Origin: an uncultured Gammaproteobacteria bacterium | GTDB taxonomy: Bacteria; Pseudomonadota; Gammaproteobacteria; Natronospirales; JAJUFS01 | DNA: 55,859 nucleotides | Reading direction: 5' to 3' | NCBI GenBank assembly: GCA_964599565.1 | Contig: CAZRFE010000007.1 | Coordinates: 1-55,859, forward strand | Shown here: positions 39,577-49,882 of the stretch, in pieces | Numbering within the stretch: the first letter of the stretch is position 1 | Layout of the letters: every line of letters begins with the position of its first letter | Notes under the pieces: model-generated | Told to the model about the DNA's origin: nothing | Databases searched by the model: none | The model's input: only the letters and a program-made list of their open reading frames with translations | Made by a program: the position numbers and the translations under genes

Positions 39577-40926
39577 TCACTCGCCGGCGATGGTCATCTC
39601 GTTCAGCAGCATGGAACCGACGCGGATGTTGCCGCGCGTGTCGACGTCATTGCCGACGGCAATCACGTTGGTGAACATGTCGCGCAGGTTGCCCGCGACG
39701 GTGATTTCCTCGACGGGCCAGGCAGGCACGCCGTCTTCCACCCAGAAGCCGGATGCGCCGCGCGAATAGTCGCCCGTCACGCCGTTGACGCCCTGCCCCA
39801 TCAGCTCCGTCACGAGCAGGCCGCGATGCAACCGCCGGCACAGCGCGTCGAAATCCTCAGCGCCGGGCGCGACGCTGATGTTACGCACACCGCCGGCGTT
39901 GCCCGTCGTCTGCAGGCCGAGCCGGCGCGCCGAATAGCTGCTGAGCACATAGCCCTGCAGCACGCCGCCACGCACCAGCGCGCGCTCCAGCGTTGCAACA
40001 CCTTCATCGTCGAACGGCGCGCTGCCCATCGCACCCTGCAACAGCGGCTGCTCGATGATCTGCATGAAATCCGGGAACACGCGCTCGCCCGCGGCATCGA
40101 GCAGAAAGCTCGTGCGACGGTACTGCGACGTGCCGCGAATCGCACCGAGAAAATGCCCGACCAGGCTCTTCGCCATTTCCGGAACGAACAGCACGGGCGC
40201 GCGGCGTGTCGACAGGCGCTTTGCGCCAAGGCGGCGAATTGCACGCGCACCGGCGCGCGCGCCGATCGCTTCGGGCGTCTCGAGCGCGCGCGGATCGCGC
40301 GCGGCCGAATACCAGTAATCGCGCTGCATATGTCCGTTCGCGCTCGCAAGCACCGTGCATGACAGGCTGTGACTGGTGCCGCGATACGCACCGAGAAAGC
40401 CGTGCGAGTTGCCGTACACGCGCAGCCCGCCGTGACTGCTCAGCGTTGCACCGTCGGAATTCGTGATGCGCGCATCCACGCTGCGCGCCGCTGCTTCGCA
40501 GGCGCGCGCCTTTTCGATCGCGTCGTCCAGCGAGAATTCCCAGGGATGCCACAGATCAAGGTCGGGAACGTCCGACGCCATCAGCGCTGCATCGGCGAGA
40601 CCGGCGAACGGATCCTCCGCGGTGTAGCGTGCGATGGTGCATGCCGCGCTGACGGTTTCACGAATCGCATCCCGGCCGAGATCCGCGGTGCTCGCGCTGC
40701 CCTTGCGCCTGCCGAAATACACGGTGATGCCAAGCCCGCGATCACGGCTGCGCTCCAGTGTTTCCACCTCGCCGAGGCGCACGGTGAGTTCAAGACCGCT
40801 GTCGAGCGACGCACCGGCTTCGACCTGGTCCGCGCCAAGCCGCCGCGCCTCGTGGATGGCGAACTCGGTGCGTTCTCTGATGTCATCGTCGGTGAGCAGG
40901 AACTCGGCAACACTGCTGCGGGTCAT
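39577..40926 (-). CDS. pmbA: Metalloprotease PmbA (TldE)
   Basis: MQRDYWY, PFDDEG, TGNAGG and GQGVN.VTGDYSRGA.GFW. Confidence 0.95.
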   Translation of the reverse strand: MTRSSVAEFLLTDDDIRERTEFAIHEARRLGADQVEAGASLDSGLELTVRLGEVETLERSRDRGLGITVYFGRRKGSASTADLGRDAIRETVSAACTIARYTAEDPFAGLADAALMASDVPDLDLWHPWEFSLDDAIEKARACEAAARSVDARITNSDGATLSSHGGLRVYGNSHGFLGAYRGTSHSLSCTVLASANGHMQRDYWYSAARDPRALETPEAIGARAGARAIRRLGAKRLSTRRAPVLFVPEMAKSLVGHFLGAIRGTSQYRRTSFLLDAAGERVFPDFMQIIEQPLLQGAMGSAPFDDEGVATLERALVRGGVLQGYVLSSYSARRLGLQTTGNAGGVRNISVAPGAEDFDALCRRLHRGLLVTELMGQGVNGVTGDYSRGASGFWVEDGVPAWPVEEITVAGNLRDMFTNVIAVGNDVDTRGNIRVGSMLLNEMTIAGE

Positions 40927-41019
40927 TCGATTGCACTCGTGTAGCGAACGGCGGGTTCAAAACGGGACTAGACTGCGCATTTTACGCACATGAGCGCCGC
41001 ATGCCACAGGACTTGACCC

Positions 41020-41532
41020 ATGACTGACCATAACGAACCGGATGACGGGCAGCGCCCCTCCCGGACGCAACGAAAGCGTGAAGCCGAGGATCTCCAGGCC
41101 ATCGGCGAGCGCCTGCTGGAATTGCCGGAGCCGAAACTCGCGCAGCTGCCGCTGCCCGATGCGCTGCTGCGCGCCGTGCGTGCCGGCCGCGAACTGACGC
41201 AACGGGGCGCGGCGCGGCGCCAGCGGCAGTACATCGGCCGGCTGATGCGCGAACTCGATACGGACGATCTTCGTGCGGCACTTCTGCAGCTTGAGCAGCA
41301 GGACATCCGCGACACGCAACAACTGCACGCCGCGGAAGCCTGGCGCGACCGCCTGCTCGATGAAGGCAGGATTGCGCTCGAAGCGTTCCTCGATGCGCAC
41401 CCTCACGCCGACCGGCAGCGCGTGCGCCAGCTTGTGCAGGCAAGCATCGCGGAGGCGAAAGCGGACAAACCGCCGCGCCATCGCCGCGAACTGTTCCGCG
41501 AGATACGCCATGTACTGGAAAGCGGGCTATGA
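41020..41532 (+). CDS. yjgA: Ribosome biogenesis factor YjgA (DarP, DUF615)
   Basis: SRTQRKRE...LQ.IGE.L, RRQRQYIGRLMR and E.WRDRLL. Confidence 0.92.
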   Translation: MTDHNEPDDGQRPSRTQRKREAEDLQAIGERLLELPEPKLAQLPLPDALLRAVRAGRELTQRGAARRQRQYIGRLMRELDTDDLRAALLQLEQQDIRDTQQLHAAEAWRDRLLDEGRIALEAFLDAHPHADRQRVRQLVQASIAEAKADKPPRHRRELFREIRHVLESGL

Positions 41533-41550
41533 GTCGCGGGTGCACACGGG

Positions 41551-41556
41551 TAAAAT
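41551..41556 (+). promoter_or_regulatory. -10 box 6 nt before the purE ATG
   Basis: TAAAAT-gcgcgg-ATG, no SD. Confidence 0.5.
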
Positions 41557-41562
41557 GCGCGG

Positions 41563-42051
41563 ATGAAAGCACTTGTCGGCGTCATCATGGGCTCGAAATC
41601 GGACTGGGACACGCTCCAGCACGCGGTTTCGATGCTTGAATCCCTGGATATTCCGCACGAGACGCGCGTGGTCTCCGCGCACCGCACGCCCGATCTTCTG
41701 TTCGAGTATGCGGAAACGGCGCGTGAGCGTGGTCTTGAGGTCATCATCGCCGGTGCCGGAGGCGCGGCGCATCTTCCCGGCATGGTCGCGGCGAAGACGT
41801 CGCTGCCCGTGCTCGGCGTTCCCGTGCAGTCGAAGGCGCTCAACGGCATGGACTCGCTGCTCTCGATCGCACAGATGCCCGCGGGCATTCCCGTCGGCAC
41901 GCTCGCGATCGGCAAGGCGGGTGCAACCAACGCCGCGCTGCTCGCCGCGTCGATACTCGCGAACAGGCATGCGGCGGTGAAGACCGCGCTCGATGAGTTC
42001 CGCCGCCGGCAGACGGAAACCGTGCTCGGCAATCCCGATCCCCGCGACTGA
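41563..42051 (+). CDS. purE: N5-CAIR mutase
   Basis: MGSKSD, SAHRTP and [10 protein letters not shown]. Confidence 0.98.
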   Translation: MKALVGVIMGSKSDWDTLQHAVSMLESLDIPHETRVVSAHRTPDLLFEYAETARERGLEVIIAGAGGAAHLPGMVAAKTSLPVLGVPVQSKALNGMDSLLSIAQMPAGIPVGTLAIGKAGATNAALLAASILANRHAAVKTALDEFRRRQTETVLGNPDPRD

Positions 42052-42096
42052 TCCTGCTGCCGGATACGCATCCAGCGGCGACAACCCATTCATCTG

Positions 42097-43203
42097 ATGG
42101 CAGGCATGAACCCGGAATCCGCAAAACGTGTTGGCATCGTCGGCGCGGGCCAGCTCGGCCGCATGCTCGCGCTCGCGGGCTATCCGCTCGGCCTGCGCTT
42201 TGTGTTTCTCGACAAGAGCGCGGACGCGCCGGGCGGACAGGTCGGCGACATCATCCTCGGCGAGTTCGGGGATGCGAAGAAACTCCGCGAACTCTCCGAG
42301 CGCGTGGACGTCGTGACGTTCGATGTCGAGAACGTGCCCGTCGACGCCGTGCGCGCCGGCGTGACGAAACCGTTTCGCCCCACGGTCGAGCTGCTGGAAA
42401 AGGCGCAGGATCGCCTGCAGGAAAAGCAGCTTTTCAATGCGCTCGAAATCCCCACGCCCGCGTTCGCGAAAGTCGATTCGCTGGATGAATTGAAGGACGC
42501 GATTGCGCGTATCGGCTATCCCGCGGTGCTGAAGACGCGCCGCCTGGGCTACGACGGCAAGGGCCAGCGCGTGCTGCGCAGCGACGCCGATCTCGCGCCG
42601 GCGTTCGATGCCATCGGCGACGCGCCGCTCATCCTCGAGGCGTTCGTTGCGTTCGAGCGCGAGGTGTCGATCATCGGCGTGCGCAGTGTCAGCGGCGAGG
42701 TGCGCTTCTATCCGCTGTCCGAGAACACGCATCGCGACGGCATCCTGCGTCATTCGATCGCGCCGTACGAGAACATCGCGCTGCAGGGTCTCGCCGAACG
42801 CCATCTCGAGCGATTGCTGAATGCGTTCGATTACGCCGGCGTGCTCACCATCGAATTCTTTGTTGCCGACGGCACGCTGGTCGCGAACGAGATCGCGCCG
42901 CGCGTGCACAACTCGGGGCACTGGACCATCGAAGGCGCGGTCACGAGCCAGTTCGAGAATCACATCCGCGCGATTCTCGACCTGCCGCTCGGCGACACGG
43001 CGGCGAACGGTTTCGCGGCGATGGTGAATTTCATCGGCGATATTCCGCCGCTGGAAGACGTGCTCGACATTCCCGGCGCGCATTACCACAGCTACGGCAA
43101 GGAACCGCGTCCCGGCCGCAAGCTCGGCCACGCGACGCTGACAAGCCAGAGCCGCACGGAACTCATGACGCGGCTGGAACACCTGCTGAACCTTGAGCGC
43201 TGA
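42097..43203 (+). CDS. purK: N5-CAIR synthase
   Basis: GAGQLGRM, GYDGKGQ, NEIAPRVHNSGH and RKLGH. Confidence 0.97.
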   Translation: MAGMNPESAKRVGIVGAGQLGRMLALAGYPLGLRFVFLDKSADAPGGQVGDIILGEFGDAKKLRELSERVDVVTFDVENVPVDAVRAGVTKPFRPTVELLEKAQDRLQEKQLFNALEIPTPAFAKVDSLDELKDAIARIGYPAVLKTRRLGYDGKGQRVLRSDADLAPAFDAIGDAPLILEAFVAFEREVSIIGVRSVSGEVRFYPLSENTHRDGILRHSIAPYENIALQGLAERHLERLLNAFDYAGVLTIEFFVADGTLVANEIAPRVHNSGHWTIEGAVTSQFENHIRAILDLPLGDTAANGFAAMVNFIGDIPPLEDVLDIPGAHYHSYGKEPRPGRKLGHATLTSQSRTELMTRLEHLLNLER

Positions 43204-43211
43204 ACGCGCTT

Positions 43212-43253
43212 CGCAATGAAAAACGGGCGCTTCGGCGCCCGTTTTTCATTGCG
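43212..43253. terminator. Bidirectional terminator, perfect 19-bp stem with a UUCG loop
   Basis: CGCAATGAAAAACGGGCGC-TTCG-GCGCCCGTTTTTCATTGCG between purK and tldD. Confidence 0.9.
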
Positions 43254-43265
43254 CGCGGACACCGG

Positions 43266-44705
43266 CTATGAGGTGCCGCCGACCGTGAGACTGTCGACGC
43301 GCAGCGTCGGCTGGCCCACGCCGACCGGCACGGACTGTCCGTCCTTGCCGCAGGTGCCGACGCCGTCATCAAGTTTCAGATCGTTGCCGACCATCGATAC
43401 GCGCGTGAGCACGTCCGGACCGTTGCCGATCAGTGTCGCGCCCTTCACCGGCCGCGTGATCTTCCCGTTCTCGATCAGGTAAGCCTCGCTCGCGGAGAAC
43501 ACGAACTTGCCGGACGTGATGTCCACCTGCCCGCCGCCGAAATTCACCGCGTACAGCCCCTTGTCGACGGAACGGATGATTTCCTCGGGGTCATGCGGAC
43601 CGGCGAGCATGCAGGTGTTGGTCATGCGCGGCATCGGCAGATGCGCGAATGATTCGCGGCGCCCGTTGCCCGTCGGCGCAACGCCCATGAGCTTCGCGTT
43701 GTGCTTGTCCTGGATGTAACCCTTGAGGATGCCGTTCTCGATCAGCGTCGTGCATTGCGTGGGCGTGCCTTCGTCGTCGACATTGAGCGAGCCGCGGCGG
43801 TTCGCGAGCGTGCCGTCATCCACCACCGTGCACAGCGGGCTTGCGACGCGCTCGCCGATGCGCCCCGCGAAAGCCGACGTACCCTTGCGATTGAAATCGC
43901 CTTCAAGTCCGTGGCCGATGGCTTCATGCAGCAGGATGCCGGGCCAGCCAGGGCCGAGCACGACCGTCATCGTGCCGGCGGGCGCGTCGCCCGCTTCGAG
44001 GTTCAAAAGACCGGTGCGCACCGCCTCGCGCACGAAATCCATGGCGCGGTCGCCCTTCAGGAATTCCGCATAGCCGAAACGGCCGCCACCGCCGGAATAG
44101 CCGGTCTCGCGCCGGCCGTTCTGCTCGACGACCACGGACACGTTGAGCCGCACGAGCGGGCGCACGTCCGCCGCAAACGTCCCGTCGCTCGCCGCGATCA
44201 ACACGGTGTCGTGAACGCCGGACAGGCTCACCATCACCTGTTTCACGCGCGGGTCGATCGCGCGCGCCGCCTCGTCCAGGCGCTGCAGCAGCGCAACCTT
44301 CTCGGCGGATTCCATGGCCGCGATCGGATCGTCGGGAACGTACAGCGAATGGCCCTGCGTGGCATGCCAGGCCTGCACCTGGTTGTTGCCGCCGGACCTT
44401 GCAATGGCGCGCGCCGCGCCCGCCGCTTCCAGCAGCGCAGGCATGCGGATTTCATCGGAGTATGCGAATCCGGTCTTCTCGCCGCTGATCGCGCGCACGC
44501 CAACGCCCTGCTCGATGTTGAAGCTCGCGTCGCGCACGATGCCGTCTTCCAGTCCCCAGGTTTCGTGGCGCGTGAGCTGGAAGTAGAGATCCGCGGCGTC
44601 GACGCGCGCAGCCATGAGCCGCGACAGCGTATCCGCGAGTGCGCCGTCATCGATGTTTCCGGCGGCGAGAAGGTCCTTGCGCGCGAGCTGCAATGCGTCG
44701 GTCAT
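43266..44705 (-). CDS. tldD: Metalloprotease TldD
   Basis: [17 protein letters not shown] and [13 protein letters not shown]. Confidence 0.97.
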   Translation of the reverse strand: MTDALQLARKDLLAAGNIDDGALADTLSRLMAARVDAADLYFQLTRHETWGLEDGIVRDASFNIEQGVGVRAISGEKTGFAYSDEIRMPALLEAAGAARAIARSGGNNQVQAWHATQGHSLYVPDDPIAAMESAEKVALLQRLDEAARAIDPRVKQVMVSLSGVHDTVLIAASDGTFAADVRPLVRLNVSVVVEQNGRRETGYSGGGGRFGYAEFLKGDRAMDFVREAVRTGLLNLEAGDAPAGTMTVVLGPGWPGILLHEAIGHGLEGDFNRKGTSAFAGRIGERVASPLCTVVDDGTLANRRGSLNVDDEGTPTQCTTLIENGILKGYIQDKHNAKLMGVAPTGNGRRESFAHLPMPRMTNTCMLAGPHDPEEIIRSVDKGLYAVNFGGGQVDITSGKFVFSASEAYLIENGKITRPVKGATLIGNGPDVLTRVSMVGNDLKLDDGVGTCGKDGQSVPVGVGQPTLRVDSLTVGGTS

Positions 44706-44717
44706 GTCGTTCTCACC

Positions 44718-45536
44718 TCATGGTCTGCGGTGGTCGAGCACCGGGAACGTGCGGCGCAGTTGCCGCTGCCGCTCGAGGTCGATCGCTGCCGTGGCGACGC
44801 CGCTGCCGCTTTCCCTGCGGGCAAGCACGCTGCCCCAGGGATCGACGATCATCGAATCGCCCCAGGTTTCCCGGCCGTTGGCATGGAAGCCGCCCTGTGC
44901 GGCGGCGATCACGTAGGACAGGTTCTCGATCGCGCGTGCGCGCAACAGGATTTCCCAGTGCGCGCGGCCGGTGGCGGCGGTGAACGCGGCGGGAAGCGCG
45001 ATGATGTCGACGCCGCGCGCGCTCATGTCGCGGAACAGTTCCGGGAATCGAAGATCATAACAGACCGCAAGCCCGAGCCGGCCGAACGGCGTATCCAGCA
45101 CCGTGACGGCGTCGCCCGGCTCCGTCCAGCCGGATTCCTCGTAATGCTCGTCCCGCTCGGGGATGTGCACGTCGAACAGGTGAATCTTGTCGAAGCGCGC
45201 GACCTGCTCGCCTCCGCTGTCAAACACGAGGCATGCGCCGCGCACCCGGCTGCCCGCGGTTTTCATCGGCAGGCTGCCGCCCACGATCCACATCCCCGTC
45301 TCGTATGCCGTGCGGGCAAGAAAATCCTGCACCGGCCCGCTCTGCGGGCTTTCCGCGGCCTTCACCCGTTCCTGCTCGGGCAGGCCAAAGCCCGCGAAAT
45401 ACTCCGGCAGCACGGCGAGCCGCGCGCCGCGTTCGGCTGCAGACCGCAGCAGGCGCGCCGCCTCCGCGAGATTCGGCTCAAGACGCGGTCCTGATGCCAT
45501 CTGGATGGCGGCAACGGTTGTGCTGGATGAGGACAT
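44718..45536 (-). CDS. Carbon-nitrogen hydrolase (Nit1/deaminated-glutathione amidase-like)
   Basis: Catalytic E-K-C in LPE, DKIHLFDV and VCYDLRFPE, plus ARAIEN. The real start is ATG 45536. Confidence 0.9.
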   Translation of the reverse strand: MSSSSTTVAAIQMASGPRLEPNLAEAARLLRSAAERGARLAVLPEYFAGFGLPEQERVKAAESPQSGPVQDFLARTAYETGMWIVGGSLPMKTAGSRVRGACLVFDSGGEQVARFDKIHLFDVHIPERDEHYEESGWTEPGDAVTVLDTPFGRLGLAVCYDLRFPELFRDMSARGVDIIALPAAFTAATGRAHWEILLRARAIENLSYVIAAAQGGFHANGRETWGDSMIVDPWGSVLARRESGSGVATAAIDLERQRQLRRTFPVLDHRRP

Positions 45537-45561
45537 GGAATTCCTTTCCGGAAGCGTGGTG

Positions 45562-45927
45562 TCAGGTGCCAAGCCGCAGTTCGAGACGATCGGCGCGGCT
45601 GCCGGGAACGCGTTCGATGGCGTCGGGAGGCACGCCGAGTGCAACAAGCCAGTCACGCAGCTCGGCTGCCCAGAGACTGCCTTCCTCGCCGCCGGCGTGC
45701 ACCAGCACGAGCCGCGCATGCGGATGCTCGCGCACGGCAGCCTGCCAGGCACGGACGGCGTCCGCCACCGGCGCCATCTCGAGAACGGCGGCGCCGCTGC
45801 GCGGCCGCGACCACATCGAGGCCGGCAGGGTCCAGCTGTCAGCGGCATGAAGCGGCAGCGAAAGCGTCAGCGTCGCCGCGCACATGATGAGAATTTCAGC
45901 GATCGGACGGCGTGGTGTTCGTTGCAT
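45562..45927 (-). CDS. Exported hypothetical protein
   Basis: AGGA RBS, signal-like LTLSLPLHA and GGEEGSLWAAELRDWLVALGV. Overlaps the yhdP 3' end. Confidence 0.7.
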   Translation of the reverse strand: MQRTPRRPIAEILIMCAATLTLSLPLHAADSWTLPASMWSRPRSGAAVLEMAPVADAVRAWQAAVREHPHARLVLVHAGGEEGSLWAAELRDWLVALGVPPDAIERVPGSRADRLELRLGT

Positions 45928-48900
45928 TGTTGTCCTGCACGCGTTGGACGAGAGGGTCATCCCAGCTGCCGGTGATGCGGTATTTCACCTGCGTCATGTC
46001 GGCGAGCGGGGCTTTCAGGAGTTGCGACAACAATAACAGCGCGGCACCAACGGTGGGACCCGCGGCAAGGTAGCCTGCAACCGGGATGGACGCGGATACA
46101 TCCGGATCGACGATGGCGAGCTGGTCGTAATCGCGCGCCACGAGCCCGGTGCGGCCGACCAGCAGCAAGGACACGGACGGTCCCTGCAACTGGGTGTTCG
46201 TCGTGTAGGCGTTACCCGCCGTTACAAGGAATTCGCCGGACATGGTGTCGAAATGCAGCCCTTCGCCGAAGAAATCGCTGAAGTCCAGCATCAGCCGGCG
46301 CGGCAGCGCGGCAATGCTCAGGAGCCCGATCAACCGGCCCGCGCCGGGATTCACTTCGCGCAGCGAGCCGTCGCTTGCGCTGAACGTCACCGTGCCCTCC
46401 AGCAGCCCGTAGTCCGGCTGCATGGGCGCGGCGTGCCACGCAAGGTTCGCCTCAATGCGCCCGCTGTCGGCGTCCATGCCGGCGTCCTGGTAGCCGAGAC
46501 GGCGAAGCGCGTCGCCAAGGTCGCCGGTCACAAGCTCGGATGTCACCGAGGTGTAGTGCTCATCCTTGATTACCTCCCAGCGGCCCTCGAGATCGATCGC
46601 GAAGCCCGGCGCGCGGGCGCGCAGGTCCTGCGTCGTGTAGCCGACCGCGGTGCGCTGGAGGCTGCCGGAGACGTGGCCGAGCTGCCGCGCCCCGATGCGA
46701 AGGTCGCCGATGTCGATCGAGAGCGCCGGCAGTTCGCGCGGATCCGGCGGTTCGTGCGGCGCGGCAGGTACGCCTTCCGTTTCTTCTTCCGGAATATGAA
46801 GACGCTCCAGCCTGATCTCCCAGGCGGAATCGTCTGCGGGTATGCGCAGGCTGCCGGTTGCGGGGCCCGCCAGGGAAATCTCCCAGCCGCCCTCGCCACC
46901 CGGCGGAGCATCGGCAACGGGCGGGAGACGAACGCCGCGCAGCGCCTGCTCGGCGAGCACGAGATCGCCGGAGAGAAGACGCACGGCGTGCAGGTCGAAG
47001 CCGCGCAACACGGCGTCCGAGCCTGCTTTGCCGCTTTCAGCGGCGGCGGCGGTGCTGTCGTCGAGCGCGAGCCAGCCGCGCACGTCGAGCGCCGGCACGC
47101 GCCCTTCCAGCAGCAGTCCCGGCTCTGCCGGCAGTTGCGGTGCATCGCGCGTGGCGGCCTGCACGCGGCCGCGCGAGAACCTGCGGCCATCCGGCGTATC
47201 GATGAATTCCAGCCGGGCCATCCCGAGGTTCGGCATGTCGATCGTCGCGTCGATGGGTCCGTCCCCCGGCAGAACGATCTTCGCGCTGGCCGGATGCAGC
47301 GCATCCAGCGGCGCGGGCAGCGTGCTGGTCACGCCATCCAGCGTGCTGTCGATGCGAAGCGCCGATGGCGCGCCGCCGCCGGGAATGCGCAGCTCGGCAT
47401 TCCAGTCGAACGCGCCGTCCAGCCGCGAGAGCCAGGCCGGTGGCAGGAACTCGTCGAACGCCGTGACCGGCGAGCGGCCGCGCATGGAAATCACGCTGGA
47501 TGAAAATCCGTCCGGCTCCACCGGGTCGCCGGCGGCGATGGCCGCCGTGAACGGCGCGCCGGTCAGCGCACCGGTCAGTTCGTCCGCCGTCACGGCGCTG
47601 TCTGTCACACGCACCAGTCCGCTCAGTCCCGTCACGCGCCAGGGCAGCGACACGACCTGCACGTCCGCGTTGTGCAGGTTTGCATCGACGCGCACCGCCG
47701 TGTCGTGCACAGTGCGCAGCGGAATGTCGAGCGCAACGGTTGCGCGCATGGCGCCGGCGGGTTCCAGCGCATCCAGCACGCCGTGGAGCGCGTCCTCGAG
47801 CGGGCTTGCCGAGAGGAATCGCCACGCGTCGGCCAGGTCGCCATCGACCTCAGCCGAGACCGCGAGCTCGGCGTCATGCAGGTCCGCGAAGTGCGCCGTG
47901 CCTTCGTTGACGGCGAGGTTTTCCACGCGCGCGGAATCGATGCGGATATTCAGCGCGGGACCGTCGAAATGCACATCCGCGCGCAGGCCGTGCACGGCCG
48001 GCCAGTCCGGTGCGTACGCGATCGCGGTGTCTTCCATCATGAAGCGGACATCGAACACGCCGCTGCCGTCGCGGTATGGGAATCCGCGCAGCGGCCCGCG
48101 CAGCGTCAATCGCGCTTCGGGCACGTGTCCTGCAAGGATTGCGGTGTCCAGCCAGTGCACCAGCGGCTCGGTCATGATGCCCGTCGGCAGCCAGCGCGAG
48201 CGCGCATCCAGGTCGACGTCGCGCGCCACCGCAGCGAGATCGATGGTCGGCACGCCCTCGGCCGGCAGGTTCAGCGCGAACTCCGCCGTTGCCGTGGCTT
48301 CGGGGTTGCGGATGAGAATGTCGGTGCCCGTAATCGTCCATCCCGCTTCGGCTGCCTGCCATTCCAGCGCCGCGCGCAGTTCTGCCGCCGGCAACGGCGA
48401 ACGGAACAGTGCGCCGAAATCGAGCTGCACGTTGCGGCTGTCGATGTGGAACTCGCCGCGCGTTTCGTTGCCGCGAATGCTGCCGGAGATTCCGCGGAAT
48501 CCCGGGACATCTTCGCGGGGATGCGCGCCGATGTCGCTGAAACGGCCGTTCACCATGAAACGCATCGGCGTCGCGTCGGCATCGAAGCCCGCCGTGAGTT
48601 CGTCAATCGTTCCGGACAGCGCGAGCGCGTTCACCGTCTTGCGCCATGCCGCGAGCTTTTCGTCGCCGGTATCCGGCAGATAGCGGACGACGTCCGACAG
48701 CGCCGCAAGCGGAAGGCGCGCACCGGCAATTTCGACGGGATAGTCCGCACCGCCCGTTCGCAGGAACATCGAGCCGTCGGCCTGGCGCACGCCGCCATGC
48801 TCGATGGCAAGTTCGCGCACGTCCGCATCGAAGCCTGCCGCGGTGACGCTGAAGCGCCAGTGGAAGGCAATGCGATCCAGCGCAGCTGTCGCATCGATGG

Positions 48901-49786
48901 GACCGGCGGCGGGTTCCGCGGGAATCGCATTCAGCGCCGTTGCCTCGGCCGTTCCCGTACCCGCAATGGTCTCGATGCCCGTACCGTTCAATGCGCCCGT
49001 GACATTCAGCGCGCCTTGCATGACGCGGTTTCCCGTCCACCCCAGCTGCCGGTACCACGTATCCAGCCGCAGTTCGCTGGCTTCAAGATCGAGCGTCCAC
49101 TGCCAGTCTTCCGGCGTTGCGGCGGGGCCGTGCGCGGAAAAGGCGAGGCGCACGCGCTCGCCGAGTGCGCCGGGCGGAATGATGTCGCCATCCAGCTCGT
49201 GGCGTTCGCCGTCGGATGCCAGCGTCAGGTCCGAAAGCTGCAGCACCCAGTCGTCGATGCCCCGCGCGGTGTCGCGATAGTGAAGTTCGCCGTCGAGAAT
49301 GCTCAGGCGACCGTGCCGCAGGCCGAGATCCAGCACTTCGCGCCAGTCGACGCGCGAGCCGTTGCCGGCCGGCAGCGCATAGCCGGAGAGAAAGAGTTCG
49401 CCGTTCTCGCCACGCTCGAGCGCGAGCGTGGGCTGGTGCAACCGCACGTGGCTCGGTCGCGGAATCCCCTCCTGGAAGATGTCCCGCGGACTGAAGACGA
49501 TGTCGAGCTCGGCGGCGCTGACCAGCGGCTGGTGCGTATCGGGTGCAAGCAGCTGTATGTCGGTCAGGACAAGCTCGGGGCCGAACACCGCCCAGCGAAG
49601 ATCCATGCTGCCGATATGCACGGGCCAGCCGAGCGCGCGCTCCGCCATCGCTTCGGCATCGGCGCGCCATTCCGGAACGAGCGGCACCGCGGCGCGAAAC
49701 ACGCCGACGCCGATGGCGAGAATGATGAGAACGCCGGCAAGCGCGGCGGCGGTCCATTTCCAGAGTCGGCGGGCGAATGAAGGCAT
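45896..49786 (-). CDS. yhdP: AsmA-like phospholipid transport protein YhdP
   Basis: N-terminal TM segment, LPRRL.LDFSD.F.EG..FD, terminal YRITGSWDDP, 1296 aa, between rng and tldD. Confidence 0.92.
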   Translation of the reverse strand: MPSFARRLWKWTAAALAGVLIILAIGVGVFRAAVPLVPEWRADAEAMAERALGWPVHIGSMDLRWAVFGPELVLTDIQLLAPDTHQPLVSAAELDIVFSPRDIFQEGIPRPSHVRLHQPTLALERGENGELFLSGYALPAGNGSRVDWREVLDLGLRHGRLSILDGELHYRDTARGIDDWVLQLSDLTLASDGERHELDGDIIPPGALGERVRLAFSAHGPAATPEDWQWTLDLEASELRLDTWYRQLGWTGNRVMQGALNVTGALNGTGIETIAGTGTAEATALNAIPAEPAAGPIDATAALDRIAFHWRFSVTAAGFDADVRELAIEHGGVRQADGSMFLRTGGADYPVEIAGARLPLAALSDVVRYLPDTGDEKLAAWRKTVNALALSGTIDELTAGFDADATPMRFMVNGRFSDIGAHPREDVPGFRGISGSIRGNETRGEFHIDSRNVQLDFGALFRSPLPAAELRAALEWQAAEAGWTITGTDILIRNPEATATAEFALNLPAEGVPTIDLAAVARDVDLDARSRWLPTGIMTEPLVHWLDTAILAGHVPEARLTLRGPLRGFPYRDGSGVFDVRFMMEDTAIAYAPDWPAVHGLRADVHFDGPALNIRIDSARVENLAVNEGTAHFADLHDAELAVSAEVDGDLADAWRFLSASPLEDALHGVLDALEPAGAMRATVALDIPLRTVHDTAVRVDANLHNADVQVVSLPWRVTGLSGLVRVTDSAVTADELTGALTGAPFTAAIAAGDPVEPDGFSSSVISMRGRSPVTAFDEFLPPAWLSRLDGAFDWNAELRIPGGGAPSALRIDSTLDGVTSTLPAPLDALHPASAKIVLPGDGPIDATIDMPNLGMARLEFIDTPDGRRFSRGRVQAATRDAPQLPAEPGLLLEGRVPALDVRGWLALDDSTAAAAESGKAGSDAVLRGFDLHAVRLLSGDLVLAEQALRGVRLPPVADAPPGGEGGWEISLAGPATGSLRIPADDSAWEIRLERLHIPEEETEGVPAAPHEPPDPRELPALSIDIGDLRIGARQLGHVSGSLQRTAVGYTTQDLRARAPGFAIDLEGRWEVIKDEHYTSVTSELVTGDLGDALRRLGYQDAGMDADSGRIEANLAWHAAPMQPDYGLLEGTVTFSASDGSLREVNPGAGRLIGLLSIAALPRRLMLDFSDFFGEGLHFDTMSGEFLVTAGNAYTTNTQLQGPSVSLLLVGRTGLVARDYDQLAIVDPDVSASIPVAGYLAAGPTVGAALLLLSQLLKAPLADMTQVKYRITGSWDDPLVQRVQDNNATNTTPSDR

Positions 49787-49882
49787 GCGGAACCTGCGCT
49801 CAATGCCGCGCGGAAAGCGGCAGACCGTGCGCGATGCACACCCGTGCGCCTTGCGCTTGCGGATTTTCAGCAGTCGGTCCGT

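Noticed and set aside
39577-44705. TldD/PmbA as part of a microcin or RiPP cluster
   Set aside because: They sit in their ordinary housekeeping context (rng-yhdP-nit-tldD, yjgA-pmbA) with no precursor or YcaO gene.
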